Virus record (IMG/VR): IMGVR_UViG_3300050821_002507
Origin: a virus
Lineage: Duplodnaviria; Heunggongvirae; Uroviricota; Caudoviricetes
Length of the DNA stretch: 64,000 bases
Reading direction: 5' to 3' (one strand)
The stretch's first letter is position 1. Each line of letters begins with the position of its first letter. This document shows positions 41,327-51,182 of the stretch, piece by piece. Under the pieces are notes generated by a model. That model did not search any database, was not told the origin of the DNA, and saw only the letters and a program-made list of their open reading frames with translations. The position numbers and the translations under genes were made by a program.

Positions 41327-41560
41327 TCACCTATGAGGCAGAAGCGATACGCCGCCGCCAAAACTCATGAGACATGAGATCAGCATGAAGCAGAAGATGA
41401 TTACCAGGATCGCCACTACCGCCCATAGGGCTATGTTTAGAGCACCGGTTACGACTGCAAATCCACCGCCGGTAGCTGGCCATCCGAGGGATGCAAAGAC
41501 ATACGGAATTAGGAGCCGAAGAATTCCGATTACGGCGAACACGATCACCGCGAGAATCAA
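41327..41560 (-). CDS. small membrane protein
   Basis: Two TM helices. 77 aa. Confidence 0.45.
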   Translation of the reverse strand: MILAVIVFAVIGILRLLIPYVFASLGWPATGGGFAVVTGALNIALWAVVAILVIIFCFMLISCLMSFGGGVSLLPHR

Positions 41561-41607
41561 AACATGCTCAATTCCAGTCTAATGGAAAGCACATTGGCGT
41601 TTCCCCT

Positions 41608-41856
41608 TTATTGGTTGTCGCACCGACGAACGATACGAACTGTGTCAGGCCCATTACGGTGATGTGTCACAATTTCAACGTCGCGGCAACGGTCGTCATC
41701 GCGGCGGTCATTGTAGTAATCACGCTCGTGTGCTCTGTTTTCCTGAGGGCCAACACGAAACTTCAGGCCATTCGGACCAGCACCAACGTCGATCTGAGCC
41801 ACAGCCGGTGCTGCGAGCAGCATGAGAGCAAAACAGGTCAAAGCGAAGTGTTTCAT
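41608..41856 (-). CDS. secreted small protein (charged, Arg/Asp-rich)
   Basis: Signal peptide MKHFALTCFALMLLAAPAVAQ. Confidence 0.45.
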   Translation of the reverse strand: MKHFALTCFALMLLAAPAVAQIDVGAGPNGLKFRVGPQENRAHERDYYNDRRDDDRCRDVEIVTHHRNGPDTVRIVRRCDNQ

Positions 41857-41882
41857 TGTGGTTTCCTTTAGAAACATGGTTA

Positions 41883-42086
41883 TTATTCCCTAGTTGAACC
41901 CTTGCTTGACTTCAGATCTGCCTCCGGAAACGGAAGTATTAGCCCGGTCGTCAAAAGATTAACTCGCCAAACTCCGTCTTCCTCGCCGGGGCCGATAATT
42001 GCCCCGAGTATCTGTTTCGGTCTTGCATCTGGACTGCGCAGGGTTACCTCGACAAGATCGTGTGCTCTGAATTTTCCTGACATCAA
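41883..42086 (-). CDS. hypothetical protein
   Basis: 67-aa ORF coupled to the downstream gene. Confidence 0.35.
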   Translation of the reverse strand: MMSGKFRAHDLVEVTLRSPDARPKQILGAIIGPGEEDGVWRVNLLTTGLILPFPEADLKSSKGSTRE

Positions 42087-42601
42087 TGCGTTGTCTTTCG
42101 ATCAGACAGGACAGCACGAAGCTCGGTTATCTTACCCTCAGTTGATTTTATCGCAGCTAGGGTATCTAATGAAGGTTCACGGCCCGCTGCCTTATTAAGT
42201 ATAACAACCTCCCGCATCATAGCAAGTTCCCGTACCACTGCATCGAACTCAGATTTCATGGCGGTAGTCATGTTGCTATTAACGAGAGTATGGATCAAAT
42301 CAAGTTTTGTATTGGTAACCTGTGCTGTCTCGACGGCAACCTTAGCAGCATCTGCTACGCGGTCATTGGCATCAAGGAGCTTTCTAGCGACGGTTGCTGC
42401 TTCGGAGGCAGTCACCTTCTGTCGCTCTAAAAGAAGCTTTGCGGCCTCCTCCGCTTTAGCGGCTACAGCATCCTGCCGGGCATAGTCCTCCAGTTTTTCC
42501 GCGCGCCGGCTGCGGTTATTTAGAATCGACAGGACCAGAGGAGATATCACACTGGAAACAGCAACTATTAGTGCGATCTCAACTCCGCTATCGATCGGCA
42601 T
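42083..42601 (-). CDS. membrane-anchored coiled-coil protein (i-spanin-like architecture)
   Basis: N-terminal TM VEIALIVAVSSVISPLVLSIL followed by Ala/Lys/Glu-rich helices. Confidence 0.4.
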   Translation of the reverse strand: MPIDSGVEIALIVAVSSVISPLVLSILNNRSRRAEKLEDYARQDAVAAKAEEAAKLLLERQKVTASEAATVARKLLDANDRVADAAKVAVETAQVTNTKLDLIHTLVNSNMTTAMKSEFDAVVRELAMMREVVILNKAAGREPSLDTLAAIKSTEGKITELRAVLSDRKTTH

Positions 42602-42603
42602 AT

Positions 42604-42846
42604 CTAGGTCGTAGTGGACCCGTCATCCGGCGGGAGAGGCTCTTGAATCTGAGCCGCCGCCGCGTCTACTGCTGCCTCCAATGCGTCAAGCTGAGCCTGC
42701 GTGATGGTTGCACCCTTGGTGAGGTTATTAACTATAGCGGTAGCGATCGGGGTCAGGCTGGTTACCCCAGCCTCAACGGACGGTGCGAGCTTAACGACGA
42801 CGCCAAGGATACCCTCAATGGCCTGGATGATTGCAAGTGGGTTCAT
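42604..42846 (-). CDS. hypothetical protein
   Basis: 81 aa from the internal Met overlapping the lipoprotein stop (ATGA). Confidence 0.35.
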   Translation of the reverse strand: MNPLAIIQAIEGILGVVVKLAPSVEAGVTSLTPIATAIVNNLTKGATITQAQLDALEAAVDAAAAQIQEPLPPDDGSTTT

Positions 42847-43220
42847 GGAGAAGTCCTCTGGGTTGCGCTTACGGCAAACTGGAAATCTGCGAGAGCTTGC
42901 TGCGCGGCTAAGAGTGCCGTCGCGTTGTTGAGCGTCGGGTTGTTCTTGGTGAAGTTCCGCAACGCGACCACAGCAGCCTGCGCCTTCGCACCTGTCTGCT
43001 GAATCTGAACGTCGATACTGCGCCGGCCACAAGGACTGGAGAGTGTTGACACCGTACCAGTCCTGCACAGCGGAAGCGCCATGTAGACTATGGCGATGTT
43101 CTCCGCAGCTAGGTAGCCGGCCTCAATATCGTATTGAGTGGTCAAACTGACCGGGTTGTTGAAGGTCGCGCAGCCAGCAAGGGCGAGCGCAAACAGGATA
43201 GAGACAAAGATTTTGTGCAT
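42843..43220 (-). CDS. lipoprotein (o-spanin-like?)
   Basis: Signal plus lipobox ILFALALAGC. Confidence 0.5.
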   Translation of the reverse strand: MHKIFVSILFALALAGCATFNNPVSLTTQYDIEAGYLAAENIAIVYMALPLCRTGTVSTLSSPCGRRSIDVQIQQTGAKAQAAVVALRNFTKNNPTLNNATALLAAQQALADFQFAVSATQRTSP

Positions 43221-43234
43221 AGCAGGTTCCTTTG

Positions 43235-43603
43235 TTATGATTTGGCGATGACAGAAGCTGAGGTCGTGCCGGCAGGTGCGACAACGGATAGGTCATTCAT
43301 GGAATGCGCTAGGTCGCGGCCCGCAACGCTGTCGGTCGTCACGATTCCGGCCACCGGAGATGTGGGATCCTTGGCGATCTCCTTAACCACGGCGATAGCG
43401 TTTGACTGCTTATGAACCACTAACCCAACGATTCCACTGACAACTGAAACCGCAATTGACATAAATGCTTGACTATTCAATATACCGAGTACCTGATCCG
43501 CCGTAATGAACCCGCTGTGGGCAAACCATCCGGCAGCAAGGGCGCCAAAAGTCGTTACAACCCATCGAATTGCAGACTTGATTTGTTCTGGATTCGGGTT
43601 CAT
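43235..43603 (-). CDS. multi-TM small membrane protein (holin candidate)
   Basis: Three hydrophobic segments. Lies within the lysis region. Confidence 0.4.
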   Translation of the reverse strand: MNPNPEQIKSAIRWVVTTFGALAAGWFAHSGFITADQVLGILNSQAFMSIAVSVVSGIVGLVVHKQSNAIAVVKEIAKDPTSPVAGIVTTDSVAGRDLAHSMNDLSVVAPAGTTSASVIAKS

Positions 43604-43848
43604 TTGATTCCTTTCGCCAATTCAAGGCACTCCGGACTGAATTTATGCGCCGCTACACAGGCGCGAATGGCAGACCCGACAAGCGGCACTGAGCCGCAGA
43701 CCGCAAGATAGGCCGCAATGCAGTCAAGCTGCGTTTGTGCCGGCGGAGGACGGTTTTTCTCCGCAGCATTAGCGCTGTATATCCACAAGAAAGCTAGTGG
43801 AATCAACCGTATATTTTGATAGAGTTGTGGCATATCTACCCCATGCAA
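43600..43848 (-). CDS. small membrane protein (holin/antiholin candidate)
   Basis: LIPLAFLWIYSANAA and CIAAYLAVCGSVPLVG hydrophobic stretches. Confidence 0.35.
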   Translation of the reverse strand: MHGVDMPQLYQNIRLIPLAFLWIYSANAAEKNRPPPAQTQLDCIAAYLAVCGSVPLVGSAIRACVAAHKFSPECLELAKGIK

Positions 43849-44025
43849 TCAATGGTGATGGTACGGTTGGTATACCTGCTCGGTGGTGAGCGTGGTCTCA
43901 GCGGCGGTGGCGCGGCCAAGCCAGAAGATGCCGACTAGGAACGCGACCACGAGCGCGACCGCTGCGATGAACAGCCCGAACACAATGTTCGCGATCCCAT
44001 CGCACTCTCCGGGGGCGGCACGCAT
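43849..44025 (-). CDS. small TM protein
   Basis: Internal Met start overlapping the endolysin stop. IANIVFGLFIAAVALVVAFLVGIFWL. Confidence 0.35.
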   Translation of the reverse strand: MRAAPGECDGIANIVFGLFIAAVALVVAFLVGIFWLGRATAAETTLTTEQVYQPYHHH

Positions 44026-44696
44026 CACGCAACCACCGGAACCGGAATGGCGGGGAGAGCCCACTGACTCCGCAATTCCTCGGCAGTCCCGTCGAATACG
44101 GAGAGGTCAGCATCTGGTTCAAGGCCGTCTAGCGTGTGTGGCTCTGGTCCAATGCCATCTCCCGTACATTGCCAGAGGAACGGTTTGGCCCACGGCAGCG
44201 TCTGATGGTTGGCGTCCACGTTGCGCCAGCGAGGCCCGTACTCGCAGCCCCAGAGGGGGTGCTTGGCAAGGAAATCACGCTGGATGGAGGTGGCACGAGT
44301 TATCAGCGTTTTGATGACATCGCCACTGTAGAGCCCACAGTACCGCCCCGTGGCCTGATCGGCCCTGTCCAGCCACTCGGCCGTCATGTTTAGGGTCATC
44401 TGTCCGGTTCCGGAGGGATTTCGCTCCAGATCGAGATAGCCTGCCTCATCTGATTCGAGGTTGGCCCAGTCAAGGAAACGCTTGACCTGGACAGCAGGGG
44501 GTTCTCCCGTATTGAAGGCATATGCTGCGGTCAATAGTCCATTATTCCGCGCAAGCTCCCTGCGGCTCGGATAGAGCGCGTCGTCCTTCTCATTGCTGCG
44601 AGTTGCCCGGAGGATGACGCCCACACACCCTGATTTGCCGAGCTTGACGAAATTTACGGGGTTCTGTGAACCGAAGTCTGCGACATAAACAGTCAT
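44025..44696 (-). CDS. GH25-family lysozyme (endolysin)
   Basis: YVADFGSQNPVNFVKLGKSGCVGVILRATRSNEKDDALYPSRRELARNNGLLTAAYAF resembles the GH25 N-terminal barrel. Confidence 0.55.
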   Translation of the reverse strand: MTVYVADFGSQNPVNFVKLGKSGCVGVILRATRSNEKDDALYPSRRELARNNGLLTAAYAFNTGEPPAVQVKRFLDWANLESDEAGYLDLERNPSGTGQMTLNMTAEWLDRADQATGRYCGLYSGDVIKTLITRATSIQRDFLAKHPLWGCEYGPRWRNVDANHQTLPWAKPFLWQCTGDGIGPEPHTLDGLEPDADLSVFDGTAEELRSQWALPAIPVPVVA

Positions 44697-44704
44697 TTTT
44701 TCTC

Positions 44705-45136
44705 CTAATACATTGGAATTGGTACAAGACAGAAAACAGTCCTATGATCTCCTACGGAGATAAACACTACAAGCCTTCCAGTGGGGTTGCCATAGTGCGT
44801 TTGTATCTTTTCACGAGGCGCTTTAACCTCAGTCCCGTCTGGAATTATAGTCTTTCCATCATCAATGACAACTGATATATTCCCAAGCACATCTTCGCCA
44901 ACAATTCGACCCTCAAAGGCATCTGTAGATCCACAACAACTATGACCTGAATCATGCATTTCCTCAAACCCAGGCTGCATGACGGTGGGGAACCATTTAT
45001 GGACTTCCGGCGGATAGTTTCCCCAGAATTGCGGATCGCCAGCGCGTGCACACGCGACCCACGCCACGACAAGGAAAAATATCCCCCACAAGAGAACGCC
45101 GAATGCTCCCTGCACTGCTTCTCGGAAGTCTATCAT
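44705..45136 (-). CDS. membrane protein
   Basis: The C-terminal 144 aa of the 320-aa ORF are protein-like (MIDFREAVQGAFGVLLWGIFFLVVAWVA...). The upstream part looks like a spurious extension. Confidence 0.4.
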   Translation of the reverse strand: MIDFREAVQGAFGVLLWGIFFLVVAWVACARAGDPQFWGNYPPEVHKWFPTVMQPGFEEMHDSGHSCCGSTDAFEGRIVGEDVLGNISVVIDDGKTIIPDGTEVKAPREKIQTHYGNPTGRLVVFISVGDHRTVFCLVPIPMY

Positions 45137-45531
45137 CCATGCCCTCCGCGCGGATTCCTGATCGAATACCCCGCCAGCGAAACCTCGTGAACGCGGGTCA
45201 TTCCGTGCCCACTGTTCGCGTCGTAGGCTATCACCCGACCATTCCCAAGAACTGCACGGATTACAAAAACGTGATGCGATCTGACAGCGACCATGCCGGG
45301 ACCAGCCGCCGCCCGAGGAAACCGAAACCACGCTGCCGCCGGCCACAGATCGCGGACGCTGTGCCCGAATACCTCGACACTCGCACCGCAACCGCAAAAG
45401 GCCGATCTCGGGCAACCGCTGGGATGAGGTAACTGTGTGGCCGATGAGGCTACGGAGTAATGGCGGTGTGGATGCGCTTGTGCCCCGGTCGATAAAAACA
45501 ATGCCATGATACAGAATACGAATGCCTTCAT
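45133..45531 (-). CDS. secreted CHAP-like Cys/His peptidase (tentative)
   Basis: Signal MKAFVFCIMALFLSTGAQA. Cys (SGCPRSAFCGCG) then His (GHSV / RSHHVFVI) spacing is reminiscent of CHAP/NlpC-P60 domains. Confidence 0.35.
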   Translation of the reverse strand: MKAFVFCIMALFLSTGAQAHPHRHYSVASSATQLPHPSGCPRSAFCGCGASVEVFGHSVRDLWPAAAWFRFPRAAAGPGMVAVRSHHVFVIRAVLGNGRVIAYDANSGHGMTRVHEVSLAGYSIRNPRGGHG

Positions 45532-46262
45532 CCCAACCCCTCCGATGTGTCTCCCAGCTTGCCGGCGGCGAACCGACGACAGTATGCTTCAGATTGTATC
45601 GGACTTTTGACCCCCGCGCAAGCCGGACCACCATACCTTGCCTCGATAAAATGACGGCAAAGCTCACATTTCTGCCCCTTATGTGTTGATTTTTCCTCGT
45701 ATTTCACCGATTCGTGAGTGCGTTTTTCCTTCTGAGCCGTCTCGTTTACGCGCTCGATTATCTTCGTGCTGCGGGGCGGCGCTAGTAGTGGACGCTGGTC
45801 GAGATCGGTCGGTGAACGAATGATTCGCTCTAAGGAATCTTTTTTTATGAACGGACGAAAGGCGGACTCCACCTCTTTCGGGTCAAAGCCCTTAGACTTG
45901 TATAGGCGCTCTTCCCAATGCTGCGCCGTGAAATGAGCCAGCGGCAGATACGGCCACCCGAACACATCTTCAAGGATAACTTCTAGACGTTCGTGTCGAA
46001 TAAGGCCCGGCTTCACATCAAGTCGTTTATACTTGACCGGGATAACGCCGTAAGGCCAATTCTTGAACCGTAAATGCCTGTCCAGGTAAACGGTCCATCC
46101 ACCGATAGAACTAGAGCCGAGGAGAGCAATATCGTAGTCGCAATTAAGCTTAAAGCTTCGCGCTAGGCGTTTTTTGACTCTCGGATCGGCAAGCGCATGA
46201 TCCAGAAGTGAATCTAACTCGGCCTGCGATAAGTCGCCGTTCGCTTGATGTCCCGCTGACAC
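45528..46262 (-). CDS. hypothetical protein
   Basis: 244-aa ORF. Confidence 0.45.
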   Translation of the reverse strand: MSAGHQANGDLSQAELDSLLDHALADPRVKKRLARSFKLNCDYDIALLGSSSIGGWTVYLDRHLRFKNWPYGVIPVKYKRLDVKPGLIRHERLEVILEDVFGWPYLPLAHFTAQHWEERLYKSKGFDPKEVESAFRPFIKKDSLERIIRSPTDLDQRPLLAPPRSTKIIERVNETAQKEKRTHESVKYEEKSTHKGQKCELCRHFIEARYGGPACAGVKSPIQSEAYCRRFAAGKLGDTSEGLG

Positions 46263-46263
46263 C

Positions 46264-49200
46264 TTATGCGGCTTCCTTGTATCTCACTGGCTTTTTAGTT
46301 TCATTACTCGCCAGCCATTCTTTGAATTTATCCATACTCATTTCCTGGACATGGCCGAATCTATCACCAGCTTTGCCGTCTGAGAACGCTTCGTGAAAGG
46401 CGTTGATGGCTGCGAACTTGGATGGAAAAAACAACATCGCCTTGTGTTCATCGAATTTATTTGTGCCGGCGTGCAACTGGTCAATCACGTATACGTGCGG
46501 CGATTTTACGTGCGGCCCGAGGTAGCAGTCTATGTGGTCCAGATCAGCGCCGGTGGTCCCGCGTATGTATCCGTAGTGAGCACTGAGCTTTGATTTCCAC
46601 GGCTTGCCATCTTTGTCAACGCCCCGCCTATAGGAGCCCTTGGCATTCTCAACCGAGATACGGAGCCCTTGGGCGCTGATATGATCCTTCGCATATGCCC
46701 CGCTTTCCTTCTGCGCCTCGCTCGGATTATGGTTGATATTCGCCGCCTCCACCCTGCCGCCGGCCGCAAATCCAGCGCGCTCCCGCATCTGCTTGCGCAC
46801 CTCCTTTAATGTAGCCTCCTTCATGACGGGGTCGTTCTTGAAGTTCTCGCTAACGGCAGCCTCTGCCATGCGAGAGCCGTAGCCTTGGTCCTTTCTGGAT
46901 GGGCGGTTCTTCATCTCGCCTTTATAGGCAGCATCGAACAAATCATCCGATGTTTTAAAGCCGAGTCCGTTGATAGCATTGCGTATGCGACGGAACACGT
47001 TCATCATGCGATCGAAGAATCTGCGAATACCGGCAGAAAGTCCGTCAGCACTTGCTCGGTCCTTGCCGTATGCCGCAAAGGCCTGCGCCCGAATCTCATA
47101 GTCTGCGATCTTCTCAACTCTCTCCGGACTGATATTCCAGTCCTTAGCGACTATATCTCTGAGTCTGGGCTCCTCCGCCTTCATCAGCGCCATTTCCATT
47201 GGCGTTGCGAAGTGGTCCTCGATTCCGTGCCATGCTTCGTGGAAGACCGATTGAAGCTTGTCCGGATAACTAGGGTCTGCCATCGCTATTTCGATGACAT
47301 CTCGCATGGGAGCGTAGACGCCACCTGAAGTGGATTTGAGTCCTTCTTCGCCTCCCCACCCTGCGGAGATTCCTGGGATTGTGTCCTTGAACACGACTTT
47401 TACAGCATTCCCGACAATATGTCTGACTATCTGCTCAAGTTGTCCATGGCTTACGATGCTGGACATTTCTTCGGTGGTTGGCTTGCTTCTGCCAAGGGCG
47501 ATATTCTCTATGGCCTGTGGAGGAAGCGGCTTGCCAACCAAATCCATAAGATCGGATTGTTTTGATTCGTCCCCGAACATGCCGATGTCGAGTGGCTTTT
47601 GGGCCACAGTCGGCTTTAGTGGCTGGTCGGCGGCGCGCTGGGCCTGTTCGCCCTGACCGATCTTCTCAGCGCCTGGAATTACGGCTTGTGTCCCAGCGGG
47701 AGTTGATTCTGTGGTTAGCGCTTTTTCCGCTGCCGGGCCACCTTCGCTAGGGCTCGGCCGGTTCGCGCTCCCGCCAAGAGGACTTTCTTGCGGTCTGGAT
47801 CCTTCTCCTTGTTCGCCCGCGCTAGCAATTTGTGCGCTAGTTTGGCGTGTGTCTCCGCGCTCAGTTTCATTGTGGTAGTCCTGTGCTAGATAGGCCTTTT
47901 CGAGAGCGTCTATGGGGTCCTTTTCTTCGCCGCTGGCGAGCAATTCTGCCGCGTCGTAGAGTGACTTTGTGTCAATTTGGTCTCGACCAACCCCCTCTTT
48001 CGCATGAGCGTCCAGAATTTCCTTAGCCGCCGACTCAATGCCAGAGGCCTGTCCATCTTCCGGCTTGACTGGAATACGATGGCGGTCGTTTTCACTATAG
48101 AATCTCTCTCCACCTAAGCCTTTTATCGCAGAAACGTCCTGATGTAGGGCGTCATCGAGTTCGGCGCGAATATCCCGACTTGAGTACCCGTCCGGATCAT
48201 ATGGGAGGTAGCCATTCTCAATAAGCTTATTACGCCAGTAGCCGTCGATCGAGAGGCCTGATTTCCTCGCGAGTGGACCGCCACCGGGCACGAAGACCTT
48301 ATCATAGTCGCGGCCTTTTGTCTCGCCTGTCAGTTCCAGACCGCCGTTACGGGCGATAAACTGGGAGATCGAGAGGGGGTTTTTGGCTTGCCACGGCTTT
48401 CTGGGGGCGGGGAGGCCGTCCGGGGTGGCCGTGGGTAGCTCTGGTGCCACCTCTGCCGGCAGTGAGGGGGACGGCTCCACAACGGCCTGGGGAGGCGCTA
48501 CAGCGGGTTCCTCGACCGGTGGCGCTCCGGTCAGGCCAAGCCGTTCGCGTAGCTGGTCGGCCAGCGGGACGCCGGAAACTGGCTTTGGGGCGGGAGTCGG
48601 GGCAGGAGGTGCGGCGGTTGGTGCTTCTGGTGGGGTCTCGGGGGCCGGCAGGAGCCTTTGCCGGTTAGCATCGTCAGCCGTTGCCTGGGCTTCTGCCGCC
48701 CTTTGGGCATCCTTGGAGCGGATAAACTCGTCTATCTCGGCCTTGGTCTTGGCCCCACTGATTCGGGCCTCCACTTCATCGGCCTGACGGAGGAAGTCGG
48801 AGACGCGCCCGGCAGTCGCCGGGGTTGCCCTTGGGGGCGCCCTGCCACCAAGAGTGACAAAACCGGCTAGTTCGTTGGCGCGCTGGGCTAGTTCATCGCC
48901 GGATTCGTCAGTAAGCGTACGGGGTCCGCCGCCGACCGGCGTCTGCACCTTTCCAGCAAAAACGTCTCCCGGAAGACTTGCCGCGCTTCTTATCATCTGC
49001 TCGGTTCCGGTCTGGACGCGCCCCTTTCCGGCCGATGGATATGTCACTCCCTGAGATGGATCAAATGGCAACCCAGACGTTAGCCTAGTCAAATCAGACG
49101 GCGCTTCTTCTGATTCGCCAGTCAGCGCCTGCCATGCTTTATGACGCAATGATGGTGTTGTGAGAACATGGGCAACGTCAGATGCTTCTTGGGGGAGATT

Positions 49201-49365
49201 GGAGACAAGTTCTCTTATGCTGCTCGCTGGACGGAGGTGGCCCTTAAGCCAGTCTTCGTCGGACTGAGACTCAAGCGGAGTGAGGCCGCTTACGTCCAGG
49301 CTTGGAGGTGTCGCCGCTACGGGAGGTGTGTCTAACGGCGTGAGACCAGAAGTGTCAAGTTCCAC
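46264..49365 (-). CDS. large (1033 aa) Pro/Ala-rich protein with an HExxH-like motif, likely virion-associated
   Basis: HEAWHGIEDHF metalloprotease-like motif in the middle. Pro-rich low-complexity linkers. Confidence 0.5.
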   Translation of the reverse strand: MELDTSGLTPLDTPPVAATPPSLDVSGLTPLESQSDEDWLKGHLRPASSIRELVSNLPQEASDVAHVLTTPSLRHKAWQALTGESEEAPSDLTRLTSGLPFDPSQGVTYPSAGKGRVQTGTEQMIRSAASLPGDVFAGKVQTPVGGGPRTLTDESGDELAQRANELAGFVTLGGRAPPRATPATAGRVSDFLRQADEVEARISGAKTKAEIDEFIRSKDAQRAAEAQATADDANRQRLLPAPETPPEAPTAAPPAPTPAPKPVSGVPLADQLRERLGLTGAPPVEEPAVAPPQAVVEPSPSLPAEVAPELPTATPDGLPAPRKPWQAKNPLSISQFIARNGGLELTGETKGRDYDKVFVPGGGPLARKSGLSIDGYWRNKLIENGYLPYDPDGYSSRDIRAELDDALHQDVSAIKGLGGERFYSENDRHRIPVKPEDGQASGIESAAKEILDAHAKEGVGRDQIDTKSLYDAAELLASGEEKDPIDALEKAYLAQDYHNETERGDTRQTSAQIASAGEQGEGSRPQESPLGGSANRPSPSEGGPAAEKALTTESTPAGTQAVIPGAEKIGQGEQAQRAADQPLKPTVAQKPLDIGMFGDESKQSDLMDLVGKPLPPQAIENIALGRSKPTTEEMSSIVSHGQLEQIVRHIVGNAVKVVFKDTIPGISAGWGGEEGLKSTSGGVYAPMRDVIEIAMADPSYPDKLQSVFHEAWHGIEDHFATPMEMALMKAEEPRLRDIVAKDWNISPERVEKIADYEIRAQAFAAYGKDRASADGLSAGIRRFFDRMMNVFRRIRNAINGLGFKTSDDLFDAAYKGEMKNRPSRKDQGYGSRMAEAAVSENFKNDPVMKEATLKEVRKQMRERAGFAAGGRVEAANINHNPSEAQKESGAYAKDHISAQGLRISVENAKGSYRRGVDKDGKPWKSKLSAHYGYIRGTTGADLDHIDCYLGPHVKSPHVYVIDQLHAGTNKFDEHKAMLFFPSKFAAINAFHEAFSDGKAGDRFGHVQEMSMDKFKEWLASNETKKPVRYKEAA

Positions 49366-49460
49366 TGTAACCCTTTGATCTCCTTACTTTACTCTAGGCA
49401 TCTGATTTGACTCCTATACCATATGTCTATGGTGGCACAAGTCGCACCGCACCGCAAGCC

Positions 49461-51182
49461 CTATTTCCGGTAAAGTTTCCCTTCATACATAACAACCGAG
49501 CCAGGAGGGGCGCTCTTTGTGAACCAGTCAGCCTGGGCCTGGGTCGTGAGTTGGAACGGCTTCTCGCGGGTACCGGCGCCGGATGGCAGTGCGTCATATT
49601 GCTCTTTGGTGGTTATGACTGGGGGCATCACAGGGGCGGCTGCGGTCTGGGGGGCTGGTGGTACATTAAGTCGGTTGTCTTTCGCATTACTAGCCCCCGC
49701 CACCATAGTATCGGCAGCAAGAACACGAGGAACGGTGGCTGTTATTGGTACGGGATTCTTAAGAGCAGACAGAGGAGATCGGGAACGAATCAACTCTCCC
49801 AACTTACCGGCCTGAGATTTTGTCACAGCATTGCTGAACAAACGCGCTGCAACGCCGGCCACTGGAGCCAGAGGACCACCCACAACACCAGCAGCCAATG
49901 CTCCCATGCCGCCGCCACCACCAAGGACGTTACCGGCCAGACGGCTAGTGTTTGACGTAATTGACCCATTAACTATCCCTTCCATCTGAGCTAGTTCGTC
50001 CGGGCTCATGCCTTTGGTCAGCTTCTCATTCGTTAGAACATCAGCAAGTCTCTGGCGAATTGTATTCCCAATATTCATTCCAGAATTAGCCGCAGATGCC
50101 CTAAGTTGTGCACGAACCACCTTCTTGTCTATTAGATCAGATCGCTCGGCCGCAGACCAGTTTCCAACCGCATCTTTCAGCACGTCAGAGGCAAGCTTAG
50201 CGTCTCCGCTTATCAAATCAGGTGGTTGAAGATTGGATAGAAAGTCGTCAACACCTCTCTTAGCTACGCCCGCAGCATAGCGTTCCTCGCCATCCGGACT
50301 CATGGTCAAACGACCAAGAGTCTTACGAAGATTCATTAAGTATGCCACATGATCCATGGGACGTGGCGGACCATCTTCAAGTTTCTGTAAGACCCCGAAT
50401 GTCTTCCCAGCTACGTTCTCATCCATCCCGTATTGGGCCAAATCATCTCGAATAGTGTTGGCGACATTTTCAAAAGATTTTGGCTGAATTTGAACGCCCA
50501 TGCCTCTCGCGGCATCAAACCCAGAACTCCCCGCATCGAACAATTCTTGTGTGGTCGGGACCGGTGCTTTTGTCGGTATTTTTGCGCCCGGAAGGGGTCC
50601 CTTCGGTCCAAAGCCAGTCGGCCGCATAGCCATAAGAGATTGAGCAACGTCACCCTTAGCTTGGTCATACATCGCCTGCGGATCATCATGGGCGGCAACC
50701 TCTGGATTTATTTTAGTTCCAATCCAGTGTTCCGCGTCTGCTAGAGGGTGTCCGACAAGAGATTGCACCGCACCCACAAGCGGAGCCATTGGAAGACCCG
50801 TCATGGTTGCTAGGCCCCTGTAAAACCTACCAGCCCTGCCTGGGACATCCATAACCTCATTGCCGACTCCTTCCCAGAACCCTTGGCCAGCATCACGCTT
50901 GATTCTATCGGCAATACTCGGAAAGGCCGAAGATATATCACTGGCACCGCTCTTTGCCGTATCAACGGTGGTTTCATGGGCTTGTCGTGGCACATCGCTA
51001 ATGGCCAGAGGAATCGACGACGCTGGTGGTTGATTGGTCGTAGCCCATGGAGCATCCGGCAAGTCCGTCGATGGCGTAGCCCATGGAGCATCCGGCAAGT
51101 CCGTCGATGGCGTAGCCCATGGAGCATCCGGCAAGTCCGTCGATGGCGTAGCCCATGGAGCATCCGGCAGTTCATCTGCCAT
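49461..51182 (-). CDS. repeat-containing structural protein
   Basis: N-terminal 4x DLPDAPWATPST tandem repeat, encoded by 36-bp repeats at about 51040-51180. Confidence 0.5.
   Translation of the reverse strand: MADELPDAPWATPSTDLPDAPWATPSTDLPDAPWATPSTDLPDAPWATTNQPPASSIPLAISDVPRQAHETTVDTAKSGASDISSAFPSIADRIKRDAGQGFWEGVGNEVMDVPGRAGRFYRGLATMTGLPMAPLVGAVQSLVGHPLADAEHWIGTKINPEVAAHDDPQAMYDQAKGDVAQSLMAMRPTGFGPKGPLPGAKIPTKAPVPTTQELFDAGSSGFDAARGMGVQIQPKSFENVANTIRDDLAQYGMDENVAGKTFGVLQKLEDGPPRPMDHVAYLMNLRKTLGRLTMSPDGEERYAAGVAKRGVDDFLSNLQPPDLISGDAKLASDVLKDAVGNWSAAERSDLIDKKVVRAQLRASAANSGMNIGNTIRQRLADVLTNEKLTKGMSPDELAQMEGIVNGSITSNTSRLAGNVLGGGGGMGALAAGVVGGPLAPVAGVAARLFSNAVTKSQAGKLGELIRSRSPLSALKNPVPITATVPRVLAADTMVAGASNAKDNRLNVPPAPQTAAAPVMPPVITTKEQYDALPSGAGTREKPFQLTTQAQADWFTKSAPPGSVVMYEGKLYRK
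51040..51180. repeat. about 4 tandem 36-bp repeats (ggagcatccggcaagtccgtcgatggcgtagcccat)
   Basis: Exact tandem copies visible in the sequence. They encode the DLPDAPWATPST repeats. Confidence 0.7.
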
